NCBI GenBank assembly: GCA_031411295.1
Contig: JANOAV010000189.1
Span: 1 to 64,000, forward strand
DNA: 64,000 bases
Direction of reading: 5' to 3'
Source of the DNA: Verrucomicrobiales bacterium
GTDB lineage: Bacteria > Verrucomicrobiota > Verrucomicrobiia > Verrucomicrobiales > V1-33
Shown: piece after piece, positions 42,145 to 52,921 of the stretch
Layout: the number at the start of each line of letters is the position of its first letter
Numbering within the stretch: the stretch's first letter is position 1
The notes under the pieces: generated by a model
Told to the model about the DNA's origin: nothing
Seen by the model: only the letters and a program-made list of their open reading frames with translations
Databases searched by the model: none
Position numbers and translations under genes: made by a program

Positions 42145-44657
42145 AGCTTCACGCTCCTCAATCGCAGCGCATTTGAGATGACAGACAAGGAACTCAGGCT
42201 CATCGCGGCTCCGGCCAGCATGGGGCTGAGCAACAGGCCGAAGAAGGGATACAGCACCCCCGCCGCGACTGGAATGCCCAGCGCATTGTAGAGAAAGGCG
42301 AAGAACAGGTTCTGCCGGATGTTCCGCATCGTTGCGCGGCTGAGGCGGATGGCTTTGGCAATGCCGCGCAGGTCGCCTTTAACGAGGGTGATGCCAGCGC
42401 TTTGCATGGCAACGTCGGTGCCGGTGCCCATGGCAATGCCGACTTCTGCTTCGCTGAGCGCGGGGGCGTCGTTGATGCCGTCGCCAGCCATCGCGACGTG
42501 TTTACCTTCCTCGCGCAGCTTCTTCACGTGGGCGACTTTCCCGGCGGGTTCAATCTCCGCTTCCACGGCATCAAGGCCGAGTTGCTTGGCTACCACAGCC
42601 GCAGTGCGAACGTTGTCGCCCGTAAGCATGACAATCTTTAAGCCAAGCGCTTGAAGATCACGAATGGCTTCGGCGGTGGTGGTTTTAATTGGGTCAGCGA
42701 CAGCAAGCACGCCCGCCGGTTTGCCATCAATGGCGACAAACATCGCGGTCTTGCCTTCTTCTTGCAGTTTCACAGCCGACGCTTCCAGCGGCTCGAGACC
42801 ACGGATCTTTTCGTTCCGCAAGAAATCGGGTTTGCCGATCATCACCGCACGATCGGTGATGTTGCCGACCACGCCGCCCGCCGTCACCGAACGAAAGTCC
42901 TTAACGGATTCGAGGGTGACGCCTTGTTCCTTCGCTCCCTGCACCATCGCGGCAGCGAGCGGATGTTCGCTGTTCTGCTCCAAGGAGGCTGCAAGGCGCA
43001 GTAACTCTTTCGCATCGAATCCGCCGATGGGCAGGACATCCATGAGCTTGGGTTTGCCTTCCGTCAAAGTTCCCGTCTTGTCCACGACCAGGGTGGCGAC
43101 TTGCTCCAGACGTTCGAGGGACTCGGCGTTTTTCACGAGCACGCCTTCCTGTGCCCCGCGTCCGACGCCGACCATGATGGACATGGGTGTCGCCAGGCCG
43201 AGTGCGCACGGACACGCGATGATGAGGACCGCGACGGCGTTCACGAAGGCGTGCGCAAGCTTTGGCTCCGGCCCCAGCCACATCCAGAGGACGAAGGTAA
43301 TTACCGAAACCGCCACTACGATTGGCACGAAGATGCCTGCGACTTTGTCGGCGAGCCCCTGGATGGGCGCGCGGCTGCGCTGGGCTTCGGCCACCATGCT
43401 CACAATCTGCCCGAGCAACGTGTCGCTGCCGACGCGCTCGGCACGCATGACGAAACTGCCGGGGCCATTGACTGTGCCGCCCGTCACTTTGTCGCCGACA
43501 GATTTTTCTACCGGTAGCGGTTCGCCGGTGACCATGGATTCCTCCACGCTGGAGTGACCTTCGACCACCACGCCATCCACGGGCACCTTGTCGCCAGGCA
43601 CCACGCGCAACGAGTCGCCGACCTTCACCTGGTCGAGCGGGATTTCATGATCACCGCCCGGCGCGACCAGTCTCGCCGTCGGCGGTGCGAGGTTGAGCAA
43701 TGCTTTGATGGCGCTGCCCGTTCGACTGCGGGCGCGCAGTTCGAGCACCTGACCGAGGAGCACCAGCACCACGATCACCGCTGCGGCCTCAAAGTAGATG
43801 GCCGGCATGTTACCGTGTCCGGCTGCGGGTGGGAACGCCCGCGGGAACAACATGGTGACCGCGCTGAAAACATACGCCGCGCCGACGCCGAGCGCGATGA
43901 GGGTGAACATGTTCAGGCTGCGATTCACGAGGGACCGCCAGCCGCGCAAAAAGAACGGCCAAGCCCCCCACGACACAACCGGCGTGCTGAGAATAAACTG
44001 GCCCCAACGCGATACGTTGCCACTGAGCCATGCGGCGTGACTCCACGCGGGAACCAGGTGCGCCATCGCCACGATGAACACGGGCAACGTCAGTGCCGCG
44101 CTGATCCAAAAGCGCCTCGTCATGTTGTCCAGTTCGGAGTTCTCGTCATCATCCGCACCCACCACCGGTGTTTTCAGCACCAGCGTCATGCCGCACTTGG
44201 GGCAATCACCGGGATGATCTTGCTCAATCTCGGGATGCATCGAACAGGTGTAAATGGCTTTGCCTGCGCCTGGCGCAACCCACGCCGGATTTCGTTCCAA
44301 CGACATCCCGCACTTCGTGCAATCGCCGGGCTTGTCCGACTCCACGCAGGGACACATCGGGCAGAAATATTTGGAGGAAGCGGAAGGCGTCACTGCGGCG
44401 TGTTCGTGTTCGTTGCTTCGGTGTTTTGCCTGTTCGCTTTTTCCGCCGCAACAATCGCCGGAATCGCCCGTGGGTTTGGCAGCACCGCAGCAATCACCAT
44501 CCGATTTGGTCGCCGTGCTTTCAGACAGGAACTTTTGCCGGCAGTGCTCACTGCAAAAATAGAACGTCTGTCCGTCGCGTTCAGCCTGCGGTGCCATCGT
44601 TTCATCCACAGCCATCCCGCAAATCGGGTCTGTGGTTGCGGGGTTCAATTTTTTCAT
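42141..44657 (-). CDS. copA: Heavy-metal (Cu+) P1B-type ATPase with YHS and CxMHP-type metal-binding domains
   Basis: DPICGM...YFCSEHC (YHS), YFCPMCP, YTCSMHP, CPC, DKTGT, SEHP, GDGIND, YN and MSLSS motifs. Confidence 0.9.
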   Translation of the reverse strand: MKKLNPATTDPICGMAVDETMAPQAERDGQTFYFCSEHCRQKFLSESTATKSDGDCCGAAKPTGDSGDCCGGKSEQAKHRSNEHEHAAVTPSASSKYFCPMCPCVESDKPGDCTKCGMSLERNPAWVAPGAGKAIYTCSMHPEIEQDHPGDCPKCGMTLVLKTPVVGADDDENSELDNMTRRFWISAALTLPVFIVAMAHLVPAWSHAAWLSGNVSRWGQFILSTPVVSWGAWPFFLRGWRSLVNRSLNMFTLIALGVGAAYVFSAVTMLFPRAFPPAAGHGNMPAIYFEAAAVIVVLVLLGQVLELRARSRTGSAIKALLNLAPPTARLVAPGGDHEIPLDQVKVGDSLRVVPGDKVPVDGVVVEGHSSVEESMVTGEPLPVEKSVGDKVTGGTVNGPGSFVMRAERVGSDTLLGQIVSMVAEAQRSRAPIQGLADKVAGIFVPIVVAVSVITFVLWMWLGPEPKLAHAFVNAVAVLIIACPCALGLATPMSIMVGVGRGAQEGVLVKNAESLERLEQVATLVVDKTGTLTEGKPKLMDVLPIGGFDAKELLRLAASLEQNSEHPLAAAMVQGAKEQGVTLESVKDFRSVTAGGVVGNITDRAVMIGKPDFLRNEKIRGLEPLEASAVKLQEEGKTAMFVAIDGKPAGVLAVADPIKTTTAEAIRDLQALGLKIVMLTGDNVRTAAVVAKQLGLDAVEAEIEPAGKVAHVKKLREEGKHVAMAGDGINDAPALSEAEVGIAMGTGTDVAMQSAGITLVKGDLRGIAKAIRLSRATMRNIRQNLFFAFLYNALGIPVAAGVLYPFFGLLLSPMLAGAAMSLSSLSVISNALRLRSVKL

Positions 44658-47600
44658 AGTCGTGCTTCTTCCTGGGTGGTTGCGGTCATTGATTCTTGCT
44701 TCGCGTTTCCCTTCGTTTGGGCGCGTTTCCATTTCCATTCCTCGACGGCACAGAAGAGCGTGGGCGCGATGAAGATGGTGACGAGCAGACTGACGGCTAG
44801 TCCTCCGATGCTAGGGATGGCCATGGGCTGCATCACGTCCGAGCCGCGGCCTGTGGCCCAGAAGATGGGCATGAGGCCAAAGACGGTAGTGGAGAGCGTC
44901 ATCAAGCAGGGGCGGATGCGCTTCAACCCAGCCTGGACGACGGCTTCACGTATCTCCTGCACGGAGGTGGGCTGCAACTTATCAAAGATGTCTTCGAGGT
45001 AAGTGGATATGACAACTCCATCGTCATCGGCCACGCCGAAGAGCACGAGAAAGCCGACCCACACAGCGACGGAGAGGTTCGCGCCCCACCAGGCCAGCAT
45101 GATGAATCCGCCTGCTGCCGAGGTGAGAATGCCCAAGTAAATGATCGGCGCGATCCACCAGCGACGGAAGCCGAGGTAGAGCATGACGATCATGATGAAC
45201 AAGGTGACCGGCACGAGGATTTGCATCCGCGCGGTCGCACGTCGCTGGCTTTCGAACTGGCCGCTCCATTCCCAGTAATAACCAGATGGCAACGTGAGTC
45301 GTCCGTCCTTCAAGGCGGTTTGCAGTAGTTTCTCGGCATCTTCGACAACGCTGATTTCATCGCGGTCGCGCGTGTTCATGGTCACGTAACCGACGAGCAA
45401 CCCGCGCTCGCCTTTGATCTCTTGGGGACCAAGCACGCTCTTGATGGTGAGGACTTGCGCGAGCGGCACTTGCGCCATCGTGCTTGAGGGCACGAGGATC
45501 TTCTCAAGCTCGGGAATGTCTTCGCGAAACTCGCGCAGGTAGCGGACACGAATCGGATAGCGCTCGCGTCCCTCGACCGACTCCATGAGGTTCATGCCGC
45601 CTATGGCCGTCTCGATCACATCCTGCACATCGCGAATGTTCACGCCATAGCGGGCGATGCGATCACGGTCGATTTCAAACTCCAAGTAAGGTTTGCCGAC
45701 AATGCGATCCGCGACCACGTCGGTGGAGCCGGGCACTTCTTTGAGCAGGGATTCGATCTGGAGGCCGAGGCGTTCGATCTCCTTCAAATCACTGCCATAA
45801 ATCTTCACACCCATCATCGCACGGAAGCCGGTTTGCAGCATGGTGATGCGGGTTTGAATCGGTTGCAGCCACGTCGGCAACACGCCAGGCATGGAGGTCT
45901 TCATTTGCAGCTCGCCAAGAATTTCAGCCTTGGTAATGCGGCGTTCCTCTGGTGCTAGCCAAGCGAGTGGAGCCTTGAGCCAGCCGGGCCAGTCGGAGAA
46001 CCAGCGCTGCACCGGAAAGGTGCGCCATTGAGCTTCCTGCTTCAAAATAACAATACTCTCCAGCATGGAGATGGGCGCGGGATCGAGCGCGCTCTCGGCA
46101 CGTCCGAGTTTGCCGACAACGGATTCAACTTCGGGCACGCTGGCGATGGCGAGGTCTTGTTTTGCATTCACTTCGATCGCGGGACCAAGACCCGTCTGCG
46201 GCAGCAGCGATGGCATGTAAAGGAACGAACCTTCATCCAGCGGCGGCATAAACTCGCGTCCAATGCCGGGCAGGAAGCGGTGTTCGGAGGTGACCTTTGC
46301 GCCAGAGGCAACTTCAGTGGCGCGATCACGCGGATCTTGCCGACGCCAAAGGATGCGTTGATGCGTGGAGCCATTCTTGTCTTCCACGCGTTGCCAACGA
46401 ACTTGATCCAACTCGACCAAGGGGCGCGTCGCATCTTCATCGGGACTCAGACTCATCTCACGTTTCAACTCTGGTGATGCTTTTTCGCGAGCGAAAAGAT
46501 TGATACCCCAACCGATGGGAGCCAGCGTCGTTCCGGCACCGAGCCAGATGGTGATCCCGGTAAACAGGATCAGCAATGGCGCGAGCATGAAGGTCTTTTT
46601 GTGCCCGAGAATCCAGCGCAACGTGGGGTCGTAAACTTTAAACACACTGCGTGAAACGGCGTTCTCTTCGAGCGGCAGGAATCGCTCTTTGGTCATTCGG
46701 AAAACAGCTAGTGCAACCATGATACCGACTGCAATGGACATCGGCCATCCGCTGTAGTGGCCGAGGTCCGTGGTCCACACGAGGATGAGATGAAGCGCGA
46801 AGGCGCTGGCGATGCCGAGCCCCGTGGCCATGCCCCACACGATCTGTTTCTTCCATTTCACCGGATAGAAAAGGAAGTAACACATCAACGGCACGACGGT
46901 GATGGCGAGGATGACGGAACCGCTGATGGCGAAGGTTTTCGTGAAGGCGAGTGGGCGAAACATTTTCCCTTCCTGATCAGCTAGGAAGAACACGGGAATG
47001 AAGGACACGAGCGTGTTCGAGACGGCCGTGATGATCGCGCCACCGACCTCCGATGCGCCTTCGTAAATGGTGTCGAAGTAGCTTTTCGATTCGTCCTTCA
47101 TCGCGACGTGTCGATAGATATTCTCCGTCATGGTGATGCCCATGTCACCCACATCTCCGATGGCGATAGCGAGACCTGCGAGCGACATGATGTTCGAATC
47201 GACGCCAAAAACATACATGAGGATGAAGCACATTGCGACGCTGAGCGGGAAGGTTATTAGCACGGAGAGCGTGCTACGCAAGTGCAGCAGGAAGATGAGG
47301 ATCACGAGGCTGCCGAGGATGGCTTCCTCCACGAGCGCTCCTTTGAGCGTGCCGATGGTTTCCTTTACAATGGTCGTGCGATCATAGAACGGCACGATGT
47401 GAGCTTTGGAAATGCGACCGTCCGCTAGCTTCTTCTGTGGGAGGCCAGGCTCGAGCTGCTTGATCTTTTGTTTCACGCGCTCGACGACGTGCTGGGGGTT
47501 TTCGCCATAGCGCATCAACACCACACCGCCCACCACTTCCTTCCCGTTCTTGTCCAGCGAACCTCGGCGGAAGTCGGGTCCGAGGGTGACGGTGGCCACG

Positions 47601-48373
47601 TTCTTCAATTGAATGGGCGTGCCGCCCTCCTGCCGGATGACCACTTTTTCCAAGTCCTCCACGGACTTGATGAAGCCGATGCCACGGATGAAAAACTCGA
47701 CGCCATTTTTCTCCAGCACTTTCGCGCCCACGTCGATGTTGGCTTTCCGCACCGCCTCGTTCACTTCCATCAAGGTGACGCGATGCGCGCGCAGTTTGTC
47801 AGGATGGATGTCGATCTGATACTGCTTCACAAAGCCGCCGATGCTGGCGACTTCACTTACACCTTCCTCAGCATTTAGCTGATAGCGGAGATACCAATCC
47901 TGAATCGAACGCAGTTCCGCAAGATCAAAACCCTCGCCTTCGACCGTATACCAAAAGACCTGACCAAGCGCAGTGGCGTCCGGGCCGATGACCGGCACCA
48001 CGCCTTTGGGCAAACGTTGCTGCACGACGTTCATGCGTTCGATGACGCGCGACCGCGCCCAATAGTAATCAATGTCATCTTTGAAAATGACGAAGACCAT
48101 CGAGAAGCCGAAGCCCGACATGCTGCGGATGGCCTTCACGCCGGGCGTGCCAGTGAGTGCCGTGGTTAGCGGAAAGGTGATCTGATTGTCCACATCCTGC
48201 GGTGAGCGACCATCCCAGTCGGCATAAACAATCACTTGTTTTTCACCAATGTCAGGGATCGCATCGACCGGCGTTTGCTTCAAGGCATAGGCACCGCCAA
48301 AGATCAACGCCAACACTCCCACAATCACCATGAAGGGATTGCGCAGACATGAACGGATGATCCAGGACGTCAT
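44654..48373 (-). CDS. cusA: CusA-type heavy-metal RND permease
   Basis: [43 protein letters not shown] and MQPMAIP motifs; in an operon with MFP and TolC. Confidence 0.9.
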   Translation of the reverse strand: MTSWIIRSCLRNPFMVIVGVLALIFGGAYALKQTPVDAIPDIGEKQVIVYADWDGRSPQDVDNQITFPLTTALTGTPGVKAIRSMSGFGFSMVFVIFKDDIDYYWARSRVIERMNVVQQRLPKGVVPVIGPDATALGQVFWYTVEGEGFDLAELRSIQDWYLRYQLNAEEGVSEVASIGGFVKQYQIDIHPDKLRAHRVTLMEVNEAVRKANIDVGAKVLEKNGVEFFIRGIGFIKSVEDLEKVVIRQEGGTPIQLKNVATVTLGPDFRRGSLDKNGKEVVGGVVLMRYGENPQHVVERVKQKIKQLEPGLPQKKLADGRISKAHIVPFYDRTTIVKETIGTLKGALVEEAILGSLVILIFLLHLRSTLSVLITFPLSVAMCFILMYVFGVDSNIMSLAGLAIAIGDVGDMGITMTENIYRHVAMKDESKSYFDTIYEGASEVGGAIITAVSNTLVSFIPVFFLADQEGKMFRPLAFTKTFAISGSVILAITVVPLMCYFLFYPVKWKKQIVWGMATGLGIASAFALHLILVWTTDLGHYSGWPMSIAVGIMVALAVFRMTKERFLPLEENAVSRSVFKVYDPTLRWILGHKKTFMLAPLLILFTGITIWLGAGTTLAPIGWGINLFAREKASPELKREMSLSPDEDATRPLVELDQVRWQRVEDKNGSTHQRILWRRQDPRDRATEVASGAKVTSEHRFLPGIGREFMPPLDEGSFLYMPSLLPQTGLGPAIEVNAKQDLAIASVPEVESVVGKLGRAESALDPAPISMLESIVILKQEAQWRTFPVQRWFSDWPGWLKAPLAWLAPEERRITKAEILGELQMKTSMPGVLPTWLQPIQTRITMLQTGFRAMMGVKIYGSDLKEIERLGLQIESLLKEVPGSTDVVADRIVGKPYLEFEIDRDRIARYGVNIRDVQDVIETAIGGMNLMESVEGRERYPIRVRYLREFREDIPELEKILVPSSTMAQVPLAQVLTIKSVLGPQEIKGERGLLVGYVTMNTRDRDEISVVEDAEKLLQTALKDGRLTLPSGYYWEWSGQFESQRRATARMQILVPVTLFIMIVMLYLGFRRWWIAPIIYLGILTSAAGGFIMLAWWGANLSVAVWVGFLVLFGVADDDGVVISTYLEDIFDKLQPTSVQEIREAVVQAGLKRIRPCLMTLSTTVFGLMPIFWATGRGSDVMQPMAIPSIGGLAVSLLVTIFIAPTLFCAVEEWKWKRAQTKGNAKQESMTATTQEEARL

Positions 48374-48381
48374 AGTGTTGA

Positions 48382-49824
48382 TCAGTGTTGGTGAGCTGGA
48401 GGTGTCGATGCCGGCGCCGTTTTCGCAGGAGGCATCGCCATTCCTTCGTGAGCTGAATGATCGACAGGCTTCGGGTCTTTGGCGGCAGGTGGTGGCGGAG
48501 TTGGCGCATCCTTCGTCGCAGGCATCGACATTCCACCGTGACCAGCATGCCCGGCTGAAGGTGCCTGGCCTTTAGGATAGAACAGGCTAGGCAAGCCTGC
48601 GATTTGGAACTGTGAGTCGAGCAGGAAATTGCCACGAACCACCACTCGATCCCCTGCCTTCAGGCCATCGAGCACGGGATAATAATCTCCGCTGCGAGGT
48701 CCAACCTTGACTTCAACAGGACGATACACATCCTCGCTCACCTCCACATGCACCAGCTTCCTCGTGCCGGAATCGAGCACGGCGGTGAGCGGGATCGCCA
48801 GCGCTTGTGCGGCTGGCTTTGCAGGCTCCGGTTTGCCGGGAATTTGCACGAGCGCCATGCGGCACACCGGACACGGACCCGCTTCATCGCGCAGCACTTG
48901 TGGATGCATTGGGCATGACCACCGGCCTTCAACACCGCTCGGAGCCGCCGTCCCGTCGGCCAGCAGCGGCACCTCCACTTGAGCGCTGACAAACATGCCC
49001 GGCTTGAGTTTGCGATCCTTGTTCTGCAACGACACAATGACCTTCACGGTGCGCGTTTCTTCGCTCAGCGTTGGATTGATGAACCACACGCGGCCCGTGA
49101 AGATCTCGCCAGGATACGACTCCGTGGTGGCGACAACTTCCTGTCCATAGCGGATCATTCCCAGTTCATATTCGTAAATGTCGAGATAGAGCCAGACGGA
49201 ATCGAGATTCGCCAGCTTGTAGAGCATCTCCCCTGGCTTCACCATGCTGTTCTGCACGACCATTTTCTCCGTGACGGTTCCGCCCATCGGTGCCATCAGC
49301 GTGACGCGTTCCGTGACTTTGCCATTCTTTAAAAACTCGTCGATCTGCTCCGGCAGCAGGCCCCAGCGTTCTAGCTTGGTTCGTGCCGCAACCAGCAACG
49401 TTTTGTCCGTCGGATCTTTGCTGCCTAGCAATAGTTCTCGCTGAGCGACCGCAAGATCAGGGCTGTAAATCTCCACGAGGTGATCGCCCTTCGTCACCTC
49501 CACGCCCGTGAAATTTACGAACAAATTCTCCACGTAGCCTTCCACACGGCTCGTGATCGTTGCGAGTCCGGTTTCGTTATAGCCGATTTTCCCGAACACC
49601 CGCAATGAGTGTTTCAAGTCACGTCGCTCTACAACTACCGTTTCCAGCGCTGCCCGTTCTTGCGCGGCCTCCGCAACGTGCAGTGTGCCCTCGCCCATGT
49701 CGTGAGCTGCGTCGTGACCTTGATGCTCACCCGCACTTGGAGCTGGACGCGAACTCCAGAAGATGATGGCCACTGCCAGCACAACCAGGCTCACGATAGT
49801 AATGATGAGACGTTTGCTTTTCAT
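48382..49824 (-). CDS. cusB: CusB-like RND periplasmic adaptor with CPMHP domain and His/Met-rich ends
   Basis: YSPDLAVAQRE, LKPGMF, WSCPMHP...CPVCRM and GNFLLDS motifs. Confidence 0.88.
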   Translation of the reverse strand: MKSKRLIITIVSLVVLAVAIIFWSSRPAPSAGEHQGHDAAHDMGEGTLHVAEAAQERAALETVVVERRDLKHSLRVFGKIGYNETGLATITSRVEGYVENLFVNFTGVEVTKGDHLVEIYSPDLAVAQRELLLGSKDPTDKTLLVAARTKLERWGLLPEQIDEFLKNGKVTERVTLMAPMGGTVTEKMVVQNSMVKPGEMLYKLANLDSVWLYLDIYEYELGMIRYGQEVVATTESYPGEIFTGRVWFINPTLSEETRTVKVIVSLQNKDRKLKPGMFVSAQVEVPLLADGTAAPSGVEGRWSCPMHPQVLRDEAGPCPVCRMALVQIPGKPEPAKPAAQALAIPLTAVLDSGTRKLVHVEVSEDVYRPVEVKVGPRSGDYYPVLDGLKAGDRVVVRGNFLLDSQFQIAGLPSLFYPKGQAPSAGHAGHGGMSMPATKDAPTPPPPAAKDPKPVDHSAHEGMAMPPAKTAPASTPPAHQH

Positions 49825-49836
49825 GATAGGGATTTC

Positions 49837-51060
49837 TCAGCGAATGTTTTGACCAAGAGCCGCCTTCCAGCGGACACGAGCGAGATGGAAATCGCGGAGT
49901 GCATTCACGCGGTCCATTTCCACCATGAGAAGCTGATCGCGTGCCCGCAGCAGATCTTGCAGTGAGGCTTTGTTATTCGTATAGGTCTCGCGGACGCGTT
50001 CGATTTGCTGCCTTGCCAGCGGGAGCAGTTGCGCTGTGTTCTCGTCAATGAATGGCAGCAGCCGATCCATCTCCTTCTTCGCTGAAGCCACTTCGCCACC
50101 CGCCTTCAATCGCAGCGCCTGCACTTCAGCCTCGGCTCGCGAACGCATGGCCATGGTCTCTGCGATCTCGCCTTGGTTCTTGTTCCAGAAGGGCAGCGGA
50201 ATGGACACCTTCACGCCGATCATGGTTTCGTTTCTTAGCCCCATCGGCTCATCCATAGTGCGTGCTTGTTCCACCATCACGCCAGCGGAAATGTCCTCCC
50301 ACTTCTTGGCTTTGGCGAGATCCACCGATTGCCCTGCTGCATTCGCGCGATGCAATGCCGCTTGAATATCCGGCCGTGAATCACCCGACACCGCGTTAGC
50401 TGCAGCGTGGGCTTCAGGCAACGTTCCTGTCACCTCTAGCTCATCATTGGCCGAGAGCCCCAGCATGGGCTTGAGCGACTCATTCATGGCCGCAATCCCC
50501 GCCTGCAACTTGACGATCGAGTTGCGCTGCTGTCGCGCTTCCAGCCGCATTTGCCCGGCATCAATCGCGGACTCGTTAGCCGCGGCGCGCGCCGTCGCGA
50601 TCTCCGTCAGTTTCTCCGCCAGCGTCGCCTGGCTTTCCTGAATGCCGATCTCGGCACGCATCGCAAGAATTTTCACAGCCATGGTTTCCGCCTCGGCAAC
50701 AAGCATCCGCTGCTTGTCGGCCACCTCCGCTTCTGCAGCCGCGATCTGAGCCGCCGTCATGGCCCTCTCCAAACGCAGCCGGGCAGTGAGCGGAAATTTT
50801 TGCATCAGCGCCACACCATAGGCGCCCTCGCGCCCCATCGTCATGCGCCGACCATTCACTTCCACCTCAGGATTCATCAGCCGCCCCGCGCCCAGATGCC
50901 TGCCCTTCGCCTCATCAATCATGAACCGCGCAGCAACGAGTTCAGGATTTTTTGCAGAGATTTGTTGCTCGATATCATCCAATGTTGCCCCAACTGTAGG
51001 AACTAGCATCCCCATCATTACAACGGAGGCTGTTAATAGAGTATGGGATAGAAAATTCAT
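49837..51060 (-). CDS. TolC-family outer-membrane efflux protein
   Basis: Two OEP repeats (NPELVAAR; RPDIQAA...IPLPFWNKNQG); first gene of the cusCBA-like operon. Confidence 0.88.
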   Translation of the reverse strand: MNFLSHTLLTASVVMMGMLVPTVGATLDDIEQQISAKNPELVAARFMIDEAKGRHLGAGRLMNPEVEVNGRRMTMGREGAYGVALMQKFPLTARLRLERAMTAAQIAAAEAEVADKQRMLVAEAETMAVKILAMRAEIGIQESQATLAEKLTEIATARAAANESAIDAGQMRLEARQQRNSIVKLQAGIAAMNESLKPMLGLSANDELEVTGTLPEAHAAANAVSGDSRPDIQAALHRANAAGQSVDLAKAKKWEDISAGVMVEQARTMDEPMGLRNETMIGVKVSIPLPFWNKNQGEIAETMAMRSRAEAEVQALRLKAGGEVASAKKEMDRLLPFIDENTAQLLPLARQQIERVRETYTNNKASLQDLLRARDQLLMVEMDRVNALRDFHLARVRWKAALGQNIR

Positions 51061-51343
51061 CAGATGTTAAGTGGTTCAGAATTAACTGCGTGGTCAGGCA
51101 GTCTCAGACATGCTGATCTGTGGGGAAAACGGATGGCCATTGGTTGGTAACTTGCTATCCAGCAGATGACGTGAGGAGGATGGCTCCCGAGTCAGGGCAT
51201 CCATTTTCACATCATCGCCCGCCTGCGCTAATTTAAGGTTTTCTAGCTTGAGCCTGACTCGGCCAGCCTCCTAACGTCGGCTGCAACGTGACCAGATCCC
51301 GCAGATCAACCATTTTCCCCGCCTGAGAAAAGATTTCCCGTTC

Positions 51344-51514
51344 CTATTGCCCTGCCATGCCTGAGTTAGGCATGACATAGCCGCTGGCGGGAGCACCCAT
51401 GGTATGCACACCCGTTGATGATTTCTTCGGGGCAGTCTCACAACTGGAGAATGCAAGACTGGTAAAGATGGCGAATCCGAATCCTGCCAGGGCCGTTTTA
51501 GGTTTGATTTTCAT
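51344..51514 (-). CDS. 56-aa putative lipoprotein (below the ORF-track cut-off)
   Basis: MKIKPKTALAGFGFAIFTSLAFSSCETAPKKSSTGVHTMGAPASGYVMPNSGMAGQ; lipobox FSSC. Confidence 0.6.
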   Translation of the reverse strand: MKIKPKTALAGFGFAIFTSLAFSSCETAPKKSSTGVHTMGAPASGYVMPNSGMAGQ

Positions 51515-51632
51515 ATGCTATGATCGATGATACATCAGATTATCGTTTGTGAAATTACTGAGTGTCTTGGACGGCTTGGGCCATCAGCATCTTGGGGGGG
51601 GAGTCCCCAAGACCTGGATGAAACTCAGTTGC

Positions 51633-51941
51633 TTAGTGCTGCGTGCAGTGAGTCATGGCACCACCGCAATGGGTGCAGGTGTGTTTGAGTTGACCGGTTT
51701 TGAAGAAGGTCGTCACCGCAGATTGGCAATCAGGACAGTTCATGGATTTCTGATTGGAGTAGGTCATATAGCCTTTGCCGCCTGGACCTGGTGATGCGGT
51801 CTTGACCCAGACGGTTTTACATTTGTCACAGGTGACAGCATCTGCGCCTGCGGTGGCACCACCGGTGGATTGACAGGAAGACATGAGCGTGGCCAGACCA
51901 AGGCTGCTGGCAAGAATGAGGAGGCGTGATTTGAGTTTCAT
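51633..51941 (-). CDS. Small Cys/His-rich lipoprotein, tandem copy 2
   Basis: Lipobox LMSSC; CDKC, CPDC and HTCTHC..HC. Confidence 0.8.
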   Translation of the reverse strand: MKLKSRLLILASSLGLATLMSSCQSTGGATAGADAVTCDKCKTVWVKTASPGPGGKGYMTYSNQKSMNCPDCQSAVTTFFKTGQLKHTCTHCGGAMTHCTQH

Positions 51942-52055
51942 AGAATCTGTTTTGTTTGTTTTTTTATGTTATAATTACCAACTACTTATTTTAATTGATG
52001 AGTTCACCTCTGGCGATGGGGTGTAACCCTACCACCGGGTTGAAATGAAACGCAC

Positions 52056-52364
52056 TTAGTGCTGCGTGCAGTGAGTCATGGCACCACCGCAATGGCTGCA
52101 GGTGTGTTTAAGTTCACCAGTCTTGAAGAAGGTCGTCACCGCAGATTGGCAATCAGGACAGTTCATGGATTTCTGATTAGAGTAGGTCATGTAGCCTTTG
52201 CCGCCTGGGCCTGGCGATGCGGTCTTGACCCAAACGGTTTTACATTTGTCACAGGTGACGGCATCTGATCCGGCGGCGGCACCACCAGTGGATTGACAGG
52301 AAGACATGAGCGTGGCCAGACCGAGGCTGCTGGCGAGGATGAGGAGGCGTGTCTTGAGTTTCAT
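52056..52364 (-). CDS. Small Cys/His-rich lipoprotein, tandem copy 1
   Basis: 97/102 aa identical to 51633-51941. Confidence 0.8.
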   Translation of the reverse strand: MKLKTRLLILASSLGLATLMSSCQSTGGAAAGSDAVTCDKCKTVWVKTASPGPGGKGYMTYSNQKSMNCPDCQSAVTTFFKTGELKHTCSHCGGAMTHCTQH

Positions 52365-52420
52365 AGTTTTGGTATTATTATGGTTTTTGGTTTCGTCCGA
52401 TGGTCATCATCGGAAAAGTT

Positions 52421-52705
52421 TTAGGCGTGGGTCGGATGCTGTTCGTGGAAGGATTCGCAAAGGATGTGGAGCACGGTAGGAGTTAGTGAGGCGGTGCCCG
52501 CCAGCAGCTTGAGTTCGATTTTTCCTGAATTGTTAAAGATGGTGAGTAAACACTCGGCAAATCCGCGACTGTATGAGGAGCAGCCAGCATGGAAATCTAT
52601 CGCCCCAGCACCACAGTCCAAAGTGGCACTGACGGCCCGGTAGCTTCGCGCCGAGCCCTTGGCATCGGTGAGGTTGATTTCGAGCAAAGTGGCGATTGGT
52701 TTCAT
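52421..52705 (-). CDS. Hypothetical protein
   Basis: 94-aa ORF co-oriented with the cluster; no motif recognised. Confidence 0.4.
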   Translation of the reverse strand: MKPIATLLEINLTDAKGSARSYRAVSATLDCGAGAIDFHAGCSSYSRGFAECLLTIFNNSGKIELKLLAGTASLTPTVLHILCESFHEQHPTHA

Positions 52706-52771
52706 TAGGGAGACTATAGCCGCTGCTTAGGTGCAATACTGCGCATCTACCCGGAACCATGGCGCATTTTT

Positions 52772-52848
52772 TTAGATTTCAGCCGCTCTAGCCAGTCCGG
52801 CGCGAAACTCACGTAGGCTGACTCCGCAGATCTTTCTGATCGTCCTTC
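52772..52848 (-). pseudogene. Possible C-terminal remnant of an AraC-type regulator
   Basis: RRTIRKICGVSLREFRAGL resembles NRTFKQVTGMSPRAYRAKL at the end of the intact AraC protein. Confidence 0.35.
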
Positions 52849-52921
52849 TCCAGCCAGTCCACCGACATCCAGTCCCGGTTTTTACCATGGAGTAAATCAC
52901 TACTAATGGTGACCGATCTGG

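Noticed and set aside
43554..45002. Long antisense ORFs (also 20128-21225 and 53708-54964)
   Set aside because: These are shadows of high-GC coding genes on the opposite strand, with no independent motifs.
51633..52364. c-type cytochrome
   Set aside because: The CxxC motifs are not followed by His, so there is no CxxCH.
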